DNA of 64,000 nucleotides from Paraphysomonas bandaiensis (GCA_965644295.1 CBFFRP010000208.1:62931-126930), one strand, 5' to 3'. Numbered from the stretch's first letter, positions 26,471 to 40,299 are shown. The notes: generated from the letters alone by a model not told the origin. Program-made: numbers and translations.

Positions 26471-26477
26471 TCAGCAT

Positions 26478-26873
26478 CAATCACTCAAAGCAAACGCAGG
26501 GAGCAAGCAGAATGTTGATATACCTGACATCTGCTAACTTCAGGTGTTTTGAGTTCTTAAGGTGAACATCCCGGATGCTTAACTTCAGCAGGCAGCCCAA
26601 TACCCCGGTTACCCTTCTGGTGGGCCCTGTCCCGGATGCCCTTGAGGTGGGCCCATTCCCGGATGCCTGTTTATTCGTCAGGGCCCAAAGACGTCTACAC
26701 AAGTGACACTTATTAGTGTCCCTTGTACCACACAAGCATTTGGCTATGAGTGGGCAGAACAATATATCTGCTGACTATATAATATGCGGCTCACGTTAGT
26801 TTCCCGGAGAAATATCTCCGGTACTTATCCCCCAGAACACCACGAAAAGGTGCGAGTCCGACTTTGTTGAGGG
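26478..26873 (-). mobile_element. Repeat family 1 module A, near full length
   Basis: The reverse complement begins ccctcaacaaagtcggactcgcacc and contains the gcatccggga..gggcccacc subrepeats. It is highly similar to 54404-54719. Confidence 0.85.
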
Positions 26874-27233
26874 CGTTATAGCTATATAGCACCTTTGACT
26901 ATTGACTACGCATTACTGTTTTTCAAATTGTATTTAACGTATTCTACAGTACTATCTTAGAGAACCATACGTATTCCAACATTATATATTATATATGCCA
27001 GATATTGATTGGAAAAGAAGCTATTTAGTCTTTCTTTAACAAAATATTAATTTGTGAAGTGCCCCACCAAAAGTTTAGAATATCATAGCTAAAGTAAAAC
27101 TCGACTTATTTTTCCAAAGGGTCATTGACTACTAGATTATACTTAACCTATAGCTGCGGCGCACAGGTTGGATACAGAAAAATATCAACAACATTACTTG
27201 TACAATACAATGAAAAAAAACAGTTGTGCTTAT

Positions 27234-28627
27234 CTAACGAGCTAATTGCTGTACCCTGGACATGTTATTCGCCAGCATGAAAAGCATCGTTAACTTGCGT
27301 AGGAGTTCAGCGCTCGGAGTAAAATGTTGCTGCATTTTTCTAGACAGAAACTTAGAAACATTGATATCGATTTCTGTTTCAGTAGGCTGTGCGTCCGAAT
27401 ATTCGGTCACTTCCTTATTCCCACCCTGGTTGCCACTCGGCTCAATGATATTTTTGTCCGGACTCCTGATGAATAACAAAGATGCAATACAAGGTACGAG
27501 AGCCTCCGTCAATTCTACAGATTCATTTTCCGTCAATGACACGGTGACAATACGTTTTGCTTCTGCAATGCACTTCGACCAGACAGTTTCCATATCCCCG
27601 CCCTCGTGCTCCTTCTGTGCAGAAACAGAAGTGTCCAACCTGACTTCTGCAGCCCGTTTACGTCTATGAAGTACCGAAATCTGCCCATGAACGGCCAGCC
27701 ACTCATCCCTCACTACTGCGTGACCCATTTCAACGCTATCGAACTGCACAAGGAAGTGTGCGCCGTTTTCATCGACAAATTCTCGGGATAGCACTTGGCC
27801 GCGTTGCAGAGAACAAGATGCCTCGTGAAGAGCTGTAACGCAGTCACCGACACTCACAGGCTCATTGACCTCGTAGGGGAACTCCCGGTAAGGAGGCATA
27901 GGTGTACCTTCGAATTGAATGCGTCGTACTGTGCGTCGATATTCCTCCAGCTTACGTCGTTCACCCAATAAGAAGGCTGGTGAAAACCTACGCGGTCGAC
28001 CAATTCGTGATCCCATGGCCCCTCTCAGAACTGACCACTGTGGTCGCGAGAGAAGAGCTGGGGTATTCTGGCGCAAAGAACAGTACAAGTCAAATAATAT
28101 GCGTGCAAAACCTGTGTACACGGCACCTGTAATCCATAGCCGAGAGAATGCAAGCAAGCCAAAAATTCATTTTCTTTGAAATAATCTCTACACAGACACC
28201 CACATTCAACAATGTTGATTCGCTAGACATCAATAGTAAGCTACCTGTCCAGAGTGGAGTAAAACCATTCATGTATCGCACGCAATCTCAGCGCCGGTGT
28301 CATAAGTTGATTAATTTTTTCTATATTGAGATTCTCAGTCGCTCTGCGACAGCAAATAACACACAGCAACAACAGCAGTACGATCCTCTTACTCCGTCTT
28401 GACATCTGTGCGATCGGATGACTGGGAGGGCTCGATATGACTGGGGGCCTCCACAGAAGACACCGCTTTCGGTTCAGCAGTTCGTTTCCGTTTCCTTTGA
28501 TTGTTTCTGGAGGGCACCGACTGCATTGAGACACTCATTAAACAACAGCACACTACACACGCATCACATCACGTACAGAGGATTCTACGAGGTCTGCAGC
28601 TGCTGCCAGACGCGCCAACCCGTCCAT
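27234..28627 (-). CDS. LIN9: LIN-9/ALWAYS EARLY family DIRP-domain protein (DREAM/MuvB subunit), 5 exons
   Basis: HEWFYSTLDRDYFKENEF, SRPQWSVLRGAMG..GRPRRFSPAFLLGERRKLEEYR, followed by a Tudor-like VGDCVTALH..GQVL..VQFD segment. Confidence 0.9.
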
Positions 28628-29268
28628 ACTGATTGCTGATACTAGATAAGGTACCTATATGCGATGTTAGGCTAACTATGAGATGGATGTCTGTGATCAC
28701 AGTGTGCTCATGATATAAGGCACTGATTTTAAAAATCCTGTTGAATTTAGGAATATATCGGGGGTTTTACATCAAAAATGGTGATATTTCGATATTTAGT
28801 ATCAAAATATGCCGCTTTGAGGAATTATTTTCATACATGTGTGATTAAGTGGTTAACGGACAGTTTTCTTCCGTAACGGGGAACTACCCGTATAAATATA
28901 TAGACATTGCCACTGTGTAGTCTGCTGTAGTAGTAGTACAGTACGGCATTGTCCGTCGAACGAATAGTTGATGTAAAAATTTGGCACTAAAATTTATTGC
29001 TTGTACTCGAGGGCTGATCGGCCGTAGAGGCCTATAGGATACATGCACCTGTACCTGTACATACAGTACCTATACGTATACCGTCCATATATATATGATT
29101 CCGTCGACTTCATATGGACATTATGACCGTGTACATATACATACAAGCTATTAGCATAACGCGGACAAGTAGTCACCTCACAATGACTGGAGTCTTCCTT
29201 ATCAATGAGTGAATTATTCTCATCGTTATCTTAGCTGTTTGTTTCATTGAAGTGCTGCATAGTCAACG

Positions 29269-32200
29269 ATGAGACCGCCTCTCTATGTGTTCGTACATAT
29301 GCTCTATTGGGCGTCTATTTTATCCCCTCACAGCGCTAAGAGTGTTCTCGAGAAGGTGTTTCATTCTGATCTGTTCTCAGCTCATTCATTATCTGATGTG
29401 AGTGCTGTGGTTCACTCTCATCACCTGAGAGTCCTTCAAGCCGATCAACACATAACTGTTATCGGATGCGGCCCCTCTCAAAGCTTTACTGCTAAGCAGG
29501 ATGCTCTGTTAGGTGCTGCGAAGTTTGTGGACATTGCAGCAGTTCGTCATGAAGACAATGAAACTTGTCTAATTGCCCACTTGCCGTCCTCCGAAGTTGC
29601 GAAATTTGAAGAGTATGTTGCAATTGCATTCTGTACTATTTAACGATTTACATCTTTGTAGCTCTGATTGGACGTTTTCAAGTCTTCCATCTGTATTGAA
29701 GATTCATCAGAGCGTTATAAAGCATTTATCACGCCGTGTTGATATTGACTCGCCAAGGAATTCTGAATCTTTGGAACCGAAGAACGACGAGTTTTTCCGA
29801 ATGACTGGCCATGCAGCAGTTGATGTCGAGACACCTGAGAGCAGAGCACTTGTAGTGCAGTTTGTTCCTGGGGTTGTGGACTCTACCGAAGAAACTGTAT
29901 CATGTGTACTTGCCTCCTGGAAAGTTGGGACTGTGTCGGAACGACAGAGCTCGTCTGAGGATGGCGTATGGATGGGTCTGAGGTCGACAACGAGATTTCG
30001 ACGCCTGTCTGACGAAGATCATTCTGGGGGATGTGAGATACCAAATTCTACTATCTTCGAGTATGAGGATACTGTTGCTCGACTAGTGGACCTAAGTGGT
30101 TGGGGAACACTGGGAAACAGCATAGAATGTCTACTGCTTCTTGTGGATGCCTTCGCGTCGCATCCCGCGGTCCTCACAGTATCAGTGCAAGGTCGCCCAG
30201 TGTTACTCAATTATGATGCTCGTGGTGTTACTCAGAGTGGAACTTCGCAATTCACTCCGTTCTCTGACGCTGGTCTCTATGGGCAGGGACAAATTGTGGG
30301 GGTTGCGGATAGCGGACTGGATGACTACTCTTGTTTCTTTTGGGATAACTCTGGTTACTACGGCTCCTCATCTACTACACGAAGCCAATATAACAGTTTT
30401 TCAGTGGAGGAGCACAGGCGGAAGGTTGTTCAGTATATCGCGTATGGGGACGGTTATGACGGGGAAGCAGGACATGGGACGCATGTTGTAGGTACTATAT
30501 GCGGTGACTCCATATTTGGGGGTTTCAGCAAGGCGAACGGTGTAGCACCTGGTGCGAAGGTTGCCTTTTATGATGTGATGGGTGGGAGTTCGGCTTATCT
30601 ATCCATACCTGACCTTTACTCTTATCTTTTCCCTAGCCTTTACAAGGCAGGTGCTAGAATTATGAGTAACAGCTGGGGATCATTCTCTGGAGAGAGCGAG
30701 TACACTGAGCGGAGCTATGATGCCGATAATTTTGCTTACAACTACCCCGATACTCTAATCATATTTGCAGCCGGCAATTCAGGATCACAAGGAACAAAAA
30801 CTACCTACAGTCCATGCACGAGGTAAGAATTGATAACTTTTGCTTTTTGGCTAATTTATGATCAGCAAGAATGTGCTATGTGTGGGTTCTGTTGACTTAA
30901 GGAATGACGATGATGACGATGTTGTTGCATCCGGACATAGCAGAGTTTCTTACTTTAGTAGTATGGGACCGAGTTTTGATGGCCGAATTAAGCCGGAGAT
31001 TGTCTCTACTGGCAACAAAATTGTTTCGGCTATGTCTGCTGGGTCCAGTGCAGAGGCGAAATCATGCGGAGTCTACGAGACCTTCGGTGAGTGTTTTTGC
31101 ATTGTTTACGTAGGTGGGTGATAATTCTTGTGAACAGGAACTTCCATGGCTGCGCCCACCGTTGCTGGCAATGCAATTTTACTGCGCGAATATTTCAGAA
31201 ACATGTACCAGGATGTTTGTAGATCAGAATATACCTTCTGCAAGTCTTTCACTCCCACAGGTTAGATGTCTTGTCGTGATACACTGTCACTAATCACCCT
31301 ATACGTTAGGCTACCTTTTAAAGGCCATGCTTATTCACTCCACAGACGCAGTCAAGAGGTTTGATATTGTTCTTAAGATTCATTGTATGTTCTTATCATA
31401 CTATGTTGCAGATATTCGGAAACAGCTTTTAACAGTAAGACGTCATTGTCTAGCTACAGCTTGGGGTCCCCACCGGATAGTGTCCAAGGCTATGGTGCTT
31501 TAAACCTAGCCGGTATTCCTTTGTCGACATCGCAGAGAAAGAAGCAAGATCTCTATGTGAGAGATAAATTCTCTTTTGCAGCAGGGTCTCAATATGTTAT
31601 GCAAGTATCCGTCAGTGACAACAACAAGCCGCTCAGAGTTACGCTGGTTAGTTTCTGTTGTGTCGTGTCAATAGTGTGTAACACATGTAAATCAGGCATG
31701 GTATGACCGTCCCTCGACGATCGGAAATGCTTACAACTTGCTGCAATCGAATCTAATGCTGTACGTTTCCCACACATCTACGGGAAAGTACTGGTATGGA
31801 AACCGTGCCACTGCCGCGAGCCCAGACAACGTAAACCCCCAGGAACAGGTCACCATCTCTACACCAGGTACGATAATTTTATTGCTTTGCAAGTGTTCTT
31901 AGCTTATTTGTTGTAGCTACTGGCATCTACAAAGTGTACCTCGCTAGTCAGAGTGGTGGGTTTCAAGTAAATGGTGCCGTGGTTGTTTCATGTAATGGGT
32001 AGGTGCATCTTTGTTCTATGGTACCAACTCAATATCGATATAGCAATGTTGTGAGCGAGCCTACCTACACCACCACAACTGTGTCAGAGGATGAGGAAAT
32101 TATGAAGTCAGTAATGGTGGAACGGCACACACCCACTGGTTCTGATATGGACATTTCGAACTCCTTACGAGGGCATAGTGATGAAAAATTGCAAGTAGAA

Positions 32201-33465
32201 GAAGATGTGGGTCGAGTACTTTCCTCATCGAAAGATGATGTCGTGAGGTATTGGTGTAGGTGTTCAACAGTATATGTGTTTTTTAACATTCTTCCTCTAG
32301 TTCTTCGAATGCGTTTTCGACAGTGTTCTCCTTCGCAATCAACAACCAATTATCGCCAATGACTGAAGTATGTACCCACAGCTTTTCTACTACCTCCACC
32401 CATGAGCAGCTACATTCCATTACACTGGATCTTGATGCGGCTAATCATGGAGGCAGCGCCGCTTTCATTCTCGCCATAAATCTCTACGCCCCTAGTGGTG
32501 AAACTCTCCAAGTCGGGGGATATATGAATTATAAATCGTCCGATCGACTTTGGAATAGGTGAGTGATAAGAATAGTTGCTTAGCATATGTCACACCTCTG
32601 CAGAATGTGGCCTGTACAGTGGACTGGGGCCACTTCACCTGTGGATGGTAGCTCACGTTGGTACTCTACAAGGTACGCAACTACTGTATGCGTTTAAAGC
32701 TGACGATATTCCAGGTACTTGTTAGATGCAGATTTGAGAGAGGTTGGAGACTGGATGGTGTGTCTAGAAATGATGTACGACAATTGGGATACCACCGATT
32801 ATAGTGGTCATGTTACCCTTCGGTTTATGTAAGTCTCCTGTGTTAACTATTATATGAGTGATGTGTATGGACAGTGATACGGAAAATATAAACTCTAAAT
32901 CAAAATCAAAGGTAATGCGCAGTTGAATGACACTCGATAGTCTTATATTATATGCAGGAAGCGTTTAATTCTGGATCAATGAGTGACTTGGCGCTTGTTT
33001 TACTGGTGTTTTTCATGGCCTTGGGTGCTGTGTTAGGCGGAGGTCTAATAGTTAGGTGTGTACAAGTACAAGTTTATCAGTAAAAGTATATTCTCACGAT
33101 GTTGTGTAAAGGAAACGGGTAGAGATAGTAGATTCGATTAACCGAATAAGGGCACGTAAAATACCGGGTAACCTCGTTGTAAGGAGGAAGAAGAAGCCGT
33201 CTGCTCAAAATGGCAGTGGAGATGATGTGGCCTTAAATCAGGTCTGCACGTTGTACTTTTGGCGGTGTATCATTATTACACAATATGTTAATAGGAACCT
33301 TCTTCATCGGATCATTCGAATGAACCCACCCCAACCCCGCAGCATCAGGAAAATGAGGTTGAAGAGAAAAAGTGGACAGCCAAGAGAAAGATGAAAAAGC
33401 CAGCGGAAAATGGTATGCTAGCTAGTATGACTGCACTTCGGCGACCTCAGTATCACCAAATCTAG
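29269..33465 (+). CDS. Subtilisin-like S8 serine protease (KP-43/TagC-like) with signal peptide and C-terminal TM helix, many exons
   Basis: Catalytic motifs VADSG, GHGTHVVGT, FAAGN and GTSMAAP, plus SSMGPSFDGRIKPEI, QGYG and LRVTLAWYD. TM segment LALVLLVFFMALGAVLGGGLIV near 32985-33052. Confidence 0.9.
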
Positions 33466-33736
33466 ATTATTCTCATAGATGTAGAGTTTTGTATGATTTT
33501 TAAAAAGATTTGCGCTTTCGATATATTTTGATGAAAGCGTTGTACATCAAATCCTCATATGAAAATGCTATGTTATGAATATTGCAAAGTATTGAAGTTA
33601 TTACTGAATTAATATATCAAGTATGCCGCTTAGAAATCTAAAACTTAAATAATACTCACCATCGTCGGATGTGTGCGCTTATCAACTCTTCTATATCTCT
33701 TCCTATATGCTTGCTACAACAGAAGAAATAATAACA

Positions 33737-33800
33737 GTAGTGAATGTCTGATTATTAGCAATAGGCGTATAAGAGGCATAACTAATGTAGCAAAACAAAT
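33737..33800 (-). repeat. Repeat family 1, 3'-terminal fragment of module B
   Basis: Reverse complement reads gctacattagtt..acgcctattgctaataatcagacattcactac. Confidence 0.65.
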
Positions 33801-34078
33801 AGAGTCTGATGATATTTTATATTTTTCTTATATAGTTTATTTATGCAGTGAGTAAACATTATGAAAAAGTGGGAAATTTACGATATTTTGGACTAAACTA
33901 ATATTTAATATCCATCATAGACAAGCACGACGATGCCTCCTCCTCTAATAGCATCAGCGCTCCAAGTTGAGTTTTGCTGCATTTCTAAAGTAGTATTGAA
34001 ATTATGGGTGATAATCGAAGAATACAACAGCGGTTAGCAGTTAACAGTATTAGATGAACAAATGTTCTGATAGTAATT

Positions 34079-34135
34079 CCCTGCTGAACAACGTAGGACT
34101 CGGACCTTCTCGTGGTGTTATGGGAGATAAGTAAA
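34079..34135 (+). repeat. Repeat family 1, 5'-terminal fragment of module A
   Basis: aacaacgtaggactcggaccttctcgtggtgttatgggagataagta resembles the module A head. Confidence 0.55.
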
Positions 34136-34629
34136 ACTGAAATATGTAAGCCATATATAATCGTGACTATCTAAGATCGTATGAAAATGGTTGGTTGTTG
34201 AGAAAACACCAATTTGGCGAATGACAATGAATTATAAGTGCTATTGATCATATCATTGAGTGTGCACTAAGTTCTGCTAATTTAGCTTTAAACCATTCAC
34301 ACATTACATGGATGACGAAAGTTGACAGTGATAATAATAATAATATATATATACCGTCTCTAGAAATTATTGTAAAATGTTATATATATTTCATTGCACT
34401 ACATTACACCTATAATATTATATTATTATAGCCTTTAACTACTGTGTTTGTGACTGTCATAATAATTTTTGTAACTTTGTACTTTATACATTACATTCTT
34501 AATACAGTGTAGTTATTTGCTTAACTTTATAGTCTAGGAAAGTATGATTATTATATGAGAACGATTGTGTACAGGAACTAGTTTATATCTATAGCCTAAC
34601 TAATAACTGGATTTGCTATATACTACTAG

Positions 34630-34960
34630 TGGCCGGCAACCGTCTCGGGACTGCTTGTGCATCGCTGCGAGCACCATGGTGCAACAGTCCCTTGTATTGA
34701 GGTTAGTCGGGGGGTCTACCTTTGGGCAATGTGTCTGGCGGACCTGTGCCATGGATTATGTGAGGGGTGGATGAGGCGAGATGTATATGAGAGTGTAAGT
34801 CGGTGGTGGAGATGGTGCTGGTTGTTGAGGTGGAGTTTTGGCCACAAGTAAGGAAGAATTGTTTCCGGAGTGGTTGCGCTTGCCTCTGTCGGGTCTGGAC
34901 TCTTGCAGAGGGTGTAGCTCTTGGGGTGGATGTCGCCTGGAGTAGCTGGAGTTAACCTTA
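34630..34960 (-). mobile_element. Decayed element carrying a third variant of the family 1 structured core
   Basis: Reverse complement of 34647-34691 is gggactgttgcaccatggtgctcgcagcgatgcacaagcagtccc. Upstream is GC-skewed degenerate coding-like sequence. Confidence 0.5.
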
Positions 34961-35819
34961 TAGTAAAACTCAACATACATGCCCAAATAAATCATGTTCA
35001 GCTGCAGTGAACGTCTTATTCTTAGTGGAGTTTGTATTATTATTAGAAAGTCGTTGTCTATTTTAAAAGTATTTCTTGTTTGTAGAAAGGAACCAAATGC
35101 ACAGAATGGATACCTTCACCTATGTACTATGACGAAACGGAAATATAATACTCTACAGTATTATTTCTCTTTAACTGCTAGTTCATAGATATACATGACT
35201 CGTTGTCGAAGCCATTTGGGGAGGTATGTCTGGATGGTGGGTGGTATGTTATAGACGGTCTGCATTACTTTCTTCTGTATAATGTATAATGTATATAACG
35301 CAGTCCACGAGTCTTGATGAATTCATGTTTTCGATTGTAGACATAGTTTCAACGTTTCAACACATATAGGCTTCATGTATGTATTGGCAAGTTGAGAAAG
35401 AGATGTGTCATGTCGAGTGAAGTGATGGGGTTCCATAAGGATTCGGAGAGTGTTTGGTAAGGGCTATATAATAGTGATATTTTGTGTATATAATAGATAA
35501 TAGCAATATAATATTATTACGATAATATTATTATAAAAATCATTCTTGCTGTATCTATTCTACTCTCGCTAACTTAATGTCTATGCTGTACAAAAGAATC
35601 ACTCCATGTTCTGTCTTTACCCTTTTTACTGCTCGCCATCTCACCATTGATACGTCAATTCTAAATATATCGATGCAGTCATAAAATACAGACTTGAATT
35701 TATCGCAATGTTATCCTGCAATATATATTTCACTCTGTAGCTAACATGGACACTACGAGAATACTCTTTAAATATTTCACTTGAATATTTAATATTATTG
35801 AATTGTTGAAGTTTTAAAG

Positions 35820-38095
35820 TCACACATGAAAATCTTTCTGTAATTTTAAAAATATGTTTTGCGACTGAAACTCCATTGAGGCTAACTCTTGCATAGCCGG
35901 TTTAATAAGTTCGAAGCTAAATCCAGAGTTGTGACCATCATCCTCGTCAACACACATTTCTCCATAGTCAGAATATTTGCATGCAAGCTCCTCGGGAAGA
36001 GTAAACTCCACTGGGTCCAGCTGCGGAATCCCCATGTCAAGCCTCTTTTCCACAGCTCGAAGCTTTTCTGGCTCATCAAACCAAACTGTACATCCTCCAT
36101 CGCTCTTGAGAGCACGTCGAGTGCAACTTCCATCTCGACCTTTACTGCCACAAGTATGCCACCAAACTTTCTCACTGACACCGTCCTCCGCAACGATTGA
36201 AATCGCAAGACCTAAGCGATCGGCACGGCCCACCCTTCCAATGCGGTGGATATACTGCTCGCTTTCCTCCGGAAGAGTCATGTTGATCACATACGGCAGA
36301 CCGGCAACATCTATACCTCGTGCAGCGACGTCTGTGCATATGAGAAACCTGACTTGCCCTTCCTTGAATGCGGCTAGACTCTGCCTCCTCTCTTCCATTG
36401 ATCGCATGCCTGCTAGCACCGCACAAGAGTACCGTCCTTCCTTTCCACTTTCTACAGCCCCACTGAATTTCCTACCTCCATCCTGGGAGCATAAAAACGT
36501 CTCTAGATTATCGCAATCCAAGTTCGTGCGGCAGAATATCAAGCACTGGGACATCTGTACAAACAGCGTGTCAGTATTTTGGCGAATAGCGTGAGTGCCG
36601 CAATCACCTGAAAGGTGTCTATAATTCTCACAAGTATCTTTTGCTTGATTTCCTTAATAAGCATTGAATTACGCTCCATTTGTGACATATGACTGTTAGG
36701 TAGATGTACACCATCCAATACCCCAGATGGGCCGCCATAGCTACTGGTGGTCATAACACCGTGACTCTTAATGCTTGCCCTACACACACAATGATGCACG
36801 GTCTCCGGTACTGCATCTTTTCCCTTAAGGTCCACCCAAGTGGGAGATGTGCATATAGTTCCCGCTAATTTGGTTATGGCAGGGGAGTGCAAGGTGGCAG
36901 AGAAAAAACAAACCTGCAGCCTATGTTCCCCACTACCGTACGTAGGACAGGCGTTGTACAGCTCTAACACCGCGCTGAGGGAGTCAGCCTCAACCAGCCT
37001 ATCCGCCTCATCTAGAATAAAGAAATGTACCATACCTAAGTCAAGTGCCCCTTGTCTCACCAAGTCCCCCACTTTTCCTGGTGTTCCAACCACGATATCT
37101 ACCCCATCACGAAGTGCCGCCTTCTGCCCTCGACTATTGTCTCCTCCGACCAGGAGTGCAGCAGTTACAGGAGGACTCTGTACATGTCGGGCAAGAGCTA
37201 TCACTGTCTCATACACTTGCTCCGCAAGATCTCGAGCAGGCTCAAGTATAAGCGCCATTGGTCGCCGCTTGCCACCGGCCTGCATATGAAGCGCTGGCGA
37301 GGAAGCCTCCATGATGTCTGTACCTGCAGCCTGTACAATACTGGAGACATCAGGAGTAGGAGGATAAGAAAACGGAGAGCCCCCAAAATTTAGTTCAACG
37401 GCACAGCCTTTCAGAAGGACGGCTGGAAAGAGTACGGCAGATCTATCTACGTCAGTCAGATTAAAGGCAAGGCCCTGGCTCTCCCCGTTGACTGTATATA
37501 CCACCCGCCCTTGATCCATGTCTAAATAACACCCTACGCAGTCACCATCACCATACTTTATACCGTAGTCCTCGAAAGTGTTACTATGTGACTTTTTCGC
37601 AGTTCCACCATACCCATATCCATGGGCATCTTTTCCTAATTCCAAGCTTGATGTCTTCGTGGACCAGCCCACCCGGCAGATACCGCCGCCTCGCACAGTG
37701 CACTCAAAGTAATATTTCCCCTTCCTTATCCCATGTGATGCCCGTGTACCTGCCCACTGTTTCTGCGCATTGGACTCACACCGCAGGCCACTATTAGAGA
37801 TCATCATAATGCTATCTCTGTCATTCTCACTCATCATCACCAGATGAGGGGGCTGGAGACGGCTCTCTCCCATACTCACAGCATCTCTAAGTCTCTCGTG
37901 CACACACTGAATCATCGGAAGTGAAAAAGCTGCTGTTTTCCCACTACCAGTCTCTGAAGCGACCATAACATCTCCTCCTCCAAGTATGAGAGGGATCGAC
38001 TCGTCTTGCACGTCAGATGGGAGCTTCCAGCCCATGTCATCCACTGCTCGAATGAGCTCTGGTAGGAGACCAAGGGAATCAAATCCACCGGCCAT
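35820..38095 (-). CDS. DDX1: DEAD-box RNA helicase DDX1 with SPRY insertion, 2 exons
   Basis: Q motif, SETGSGKT, SPRY region (KGKYYFE, RVGWST, YGYGGT), DEAD, SAT, TDVAARGID and HRIGRVGRA. One intron at about 36607-36556. Confidence 0.97.
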
Positions 38096-38507
38096 TATGA
38101 TCGGAGTTTATGCGCTTATTACCGACTATAGTGGTATTGATAAAATGAGCATGAGGAAAGTGCTGCTGTATGCGCATCGCTATGCATCCCTGTGCGTACA
38201 TCTTCTGCATATATATACAGTATGCAGTATACAGTATAGAGGAACACACGTGTGTTCCTGCTGTATACTGCTGTATACAATACTCTACACATACAACATA
38301 AACTGAAATATGTCCATTAAAGATACACACCTGCTCTAACTTGTTGTGCTAAGCATGCATATAGAATACAAATACCTCGAGAGTACATATATACATATAT
38401 GTATATCTCTGGCTTACATACATCAACAAACACTCAGTTAGACTCTAGAGACAATCGCACTCATCCCTGTCGTACTCTGCAGTTATATTTGACCCATATC
38501 TTCCACG

Positions 38508-38852
38508 ATGACTCAACCACAAGAACTTCCGGAAATCTCACAAGAATTGAAAAAGGAAATTGCAAAATACAGATCCTTTCCTCGGAGATTGATGGCCTCT
38601 ACTGTGCGCAGCAAGCCTCCACTTGTGCGTAATGGCCTCATATATCTTGTTGGTGCTCTGTCAGTTGCCTATCTCGGTGGCTATGCATACTGGCTATCTA
38701 CTCGCCGTACTCCTGGAAAGACATTCACTCCTGAGTGGAAGAAGGCCGAGATTGCATTCATGAGACACAATAATATGAACCCTATTAGTGGTAAGTGGAT
38801 GCCTGATCTGTTCAACCACGCTTATTTGTGTACAGGTGTGAGCTCAAAGTAA
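38508..38852 (+). CDS. COX4: Small single-TM protein resembling cytochrome c oxidase subunit IV (COX4 / fungal Cox5)
   Basis: A TM helix is followed by PGKTFTPEWKKAEIAFMRHNNMNPISG|VSSK, matching the COX4 C-terminal pattern T..EW...NP..G.S. Intron 38791-38835. Confidence 0.7.
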   Translation: MTQPQELPEISQELKKEIAKYRSFPRRLMASTVRSKPPLVRNGLIYLVGALSVAYLGGYAYWLSTRRTPGKTFTPEWKKAEIAFMRHNNMNPISGKWMPDLFNHAYLCTGVSSK

Positions 38853-39322
38853 GATCAGTTCAATGAATCGTTCGCGCTGCACAATCTGGAAAATGTAATT
38901 ATGACATCTCGCGTGAGATCGAATTTTTCGACATAACGTAATATATATTCTGAATGATACTCGAGCCGTATATCGTTACTGTGCCAATCTACGTAGTGAA
39001 ATATCTGTAATGAAAACTGTAATATCGGTGGTGTTCACAAGCTGATGCAAAGCAACCTACATCAAACGTCATGAGTTGTGTTGTTTCTGTATCTATGATA
39101 GCAGTAGATTTTTGACAGTCTGATATGTTATAGCACCGATATTGGGTGCAAGTTCCAACCCAATCTTGACTTTGCGGGTAGGGCATAGTATTGTAATTGC
39201 CATTAGTCACCTGGGTAGTCAACCCGCAGGTAGCAGAGTATAAGCTGTGGTTTCAAATTTCAAAGGTATTTTTATAGCTCAGTAGCAGAAGGGCTAAGGA
39301 ACAGTATATTGTATTGTGTTAT

Positions 39323-39555
39323 GGGGAATGGGCCCACCTCAAGGGCGTTTGGGTTATTGGGCTGCCTACTATAGTAAAGCATCCGAGCTGTTCACCTTTA
39401 GGACAGGGAGCGAAAGTTGATTCGCGCACAAGCAGCTTTCGTAGCGTTAAATATGGTAGGATATCAAAGTTAAGCACTAGCTAGTTAAATTGTTTTTCTA
39501 CATGAGTTCTGACTCTTACATGCCTATTGCTAATAATCAAACACTTGCTTACTAC
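39323..39555 (+). mobile_element. Repeat family 1 copy (partial A plus internally deleted B)
   Basis: gggaatgggcccacctcaagggc..gttcacctt..gagcgaaagttg..cacaagcagctttcgtagcgttaaat..gcctattgctaataatc. Confidence 0.8.
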
Positions 39556-39788
39556 TGCTGCCAGACAAAGACTACTTACAATATTCTTATACCTGTCCTC
39601 AGAGCACTCATCGGTGACGTAGTGTCATATGATATTCCATGTCTATTATTGGCAGTAGAATTGTAAGCAAAGAGATACTATTTTAAGAGGATATCAATAT
39701 TTACTCTTTGATTTGCTGCAAACACCACGGTTCAGCCACTTCATTCAGAAGAATGATTTGATTAGGGAGTTCACCTTAGGGTGAAGAT

Positions 39789-39879
39789 CAGGGCCTGATA
39801 ACCATTAATGGTAGTTCAGTTCCCGGCATTAATGGCATTAATAAAAAATGCCATGACCATTAATTGTTACCAGGCCCTG
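39789..39879. mobile_element. 91-bp hAT-type MITE
   Basis: TIRs cagggcctgataaccattaatgg and ccattaattgttaccaggccctg (21/23 match), flanked by a perfect 8-bp TSD GTGAAGAT at 39781-39788 and 39880-39887. Confidence 0.9.
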
Positions 39880-40299
39880 GTGAAGATTAGAGTTCTAGAG
39901 TAGGGAGGCCAGAGTTCCCATACTCAGCTGGATGCGTACGGGTGGGCTCGGTATTTATTACATGTTGTGGCATGAGTGTAAGACACAATTTGCGGAGTCT
40001 CCGTCGTGTCGGTTAGGGTTGTGAAGGGACAGTGGTTGATGATTGATGTGTGGAAGAGGCCGTTAGGACTGGTATGACCTCGACTTATTGCTATATAATA
40101 TATAGGCATGCGTATTAATGATGTATGTCATGAAGCAGATTGTCCATGCTTAATATAATAATATAATAAAAAAGTGTTGGTATGTAATAGTTATAATACT
40201 ATACTATACTATACTATACTAGATTGTATTGCAGTATATTGTGAGCTCTGTAATACAACAATAAAAATATATTATACTGATCGACCATCAACATTTTTA

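Noticed and set aside
35977-37289. Long plus-strand ORFs antisense to DDX1 (and similar antisense ORFs over other genes)
   Set aside because: They are shadow frames of the coding strand with no recognisable motifs.
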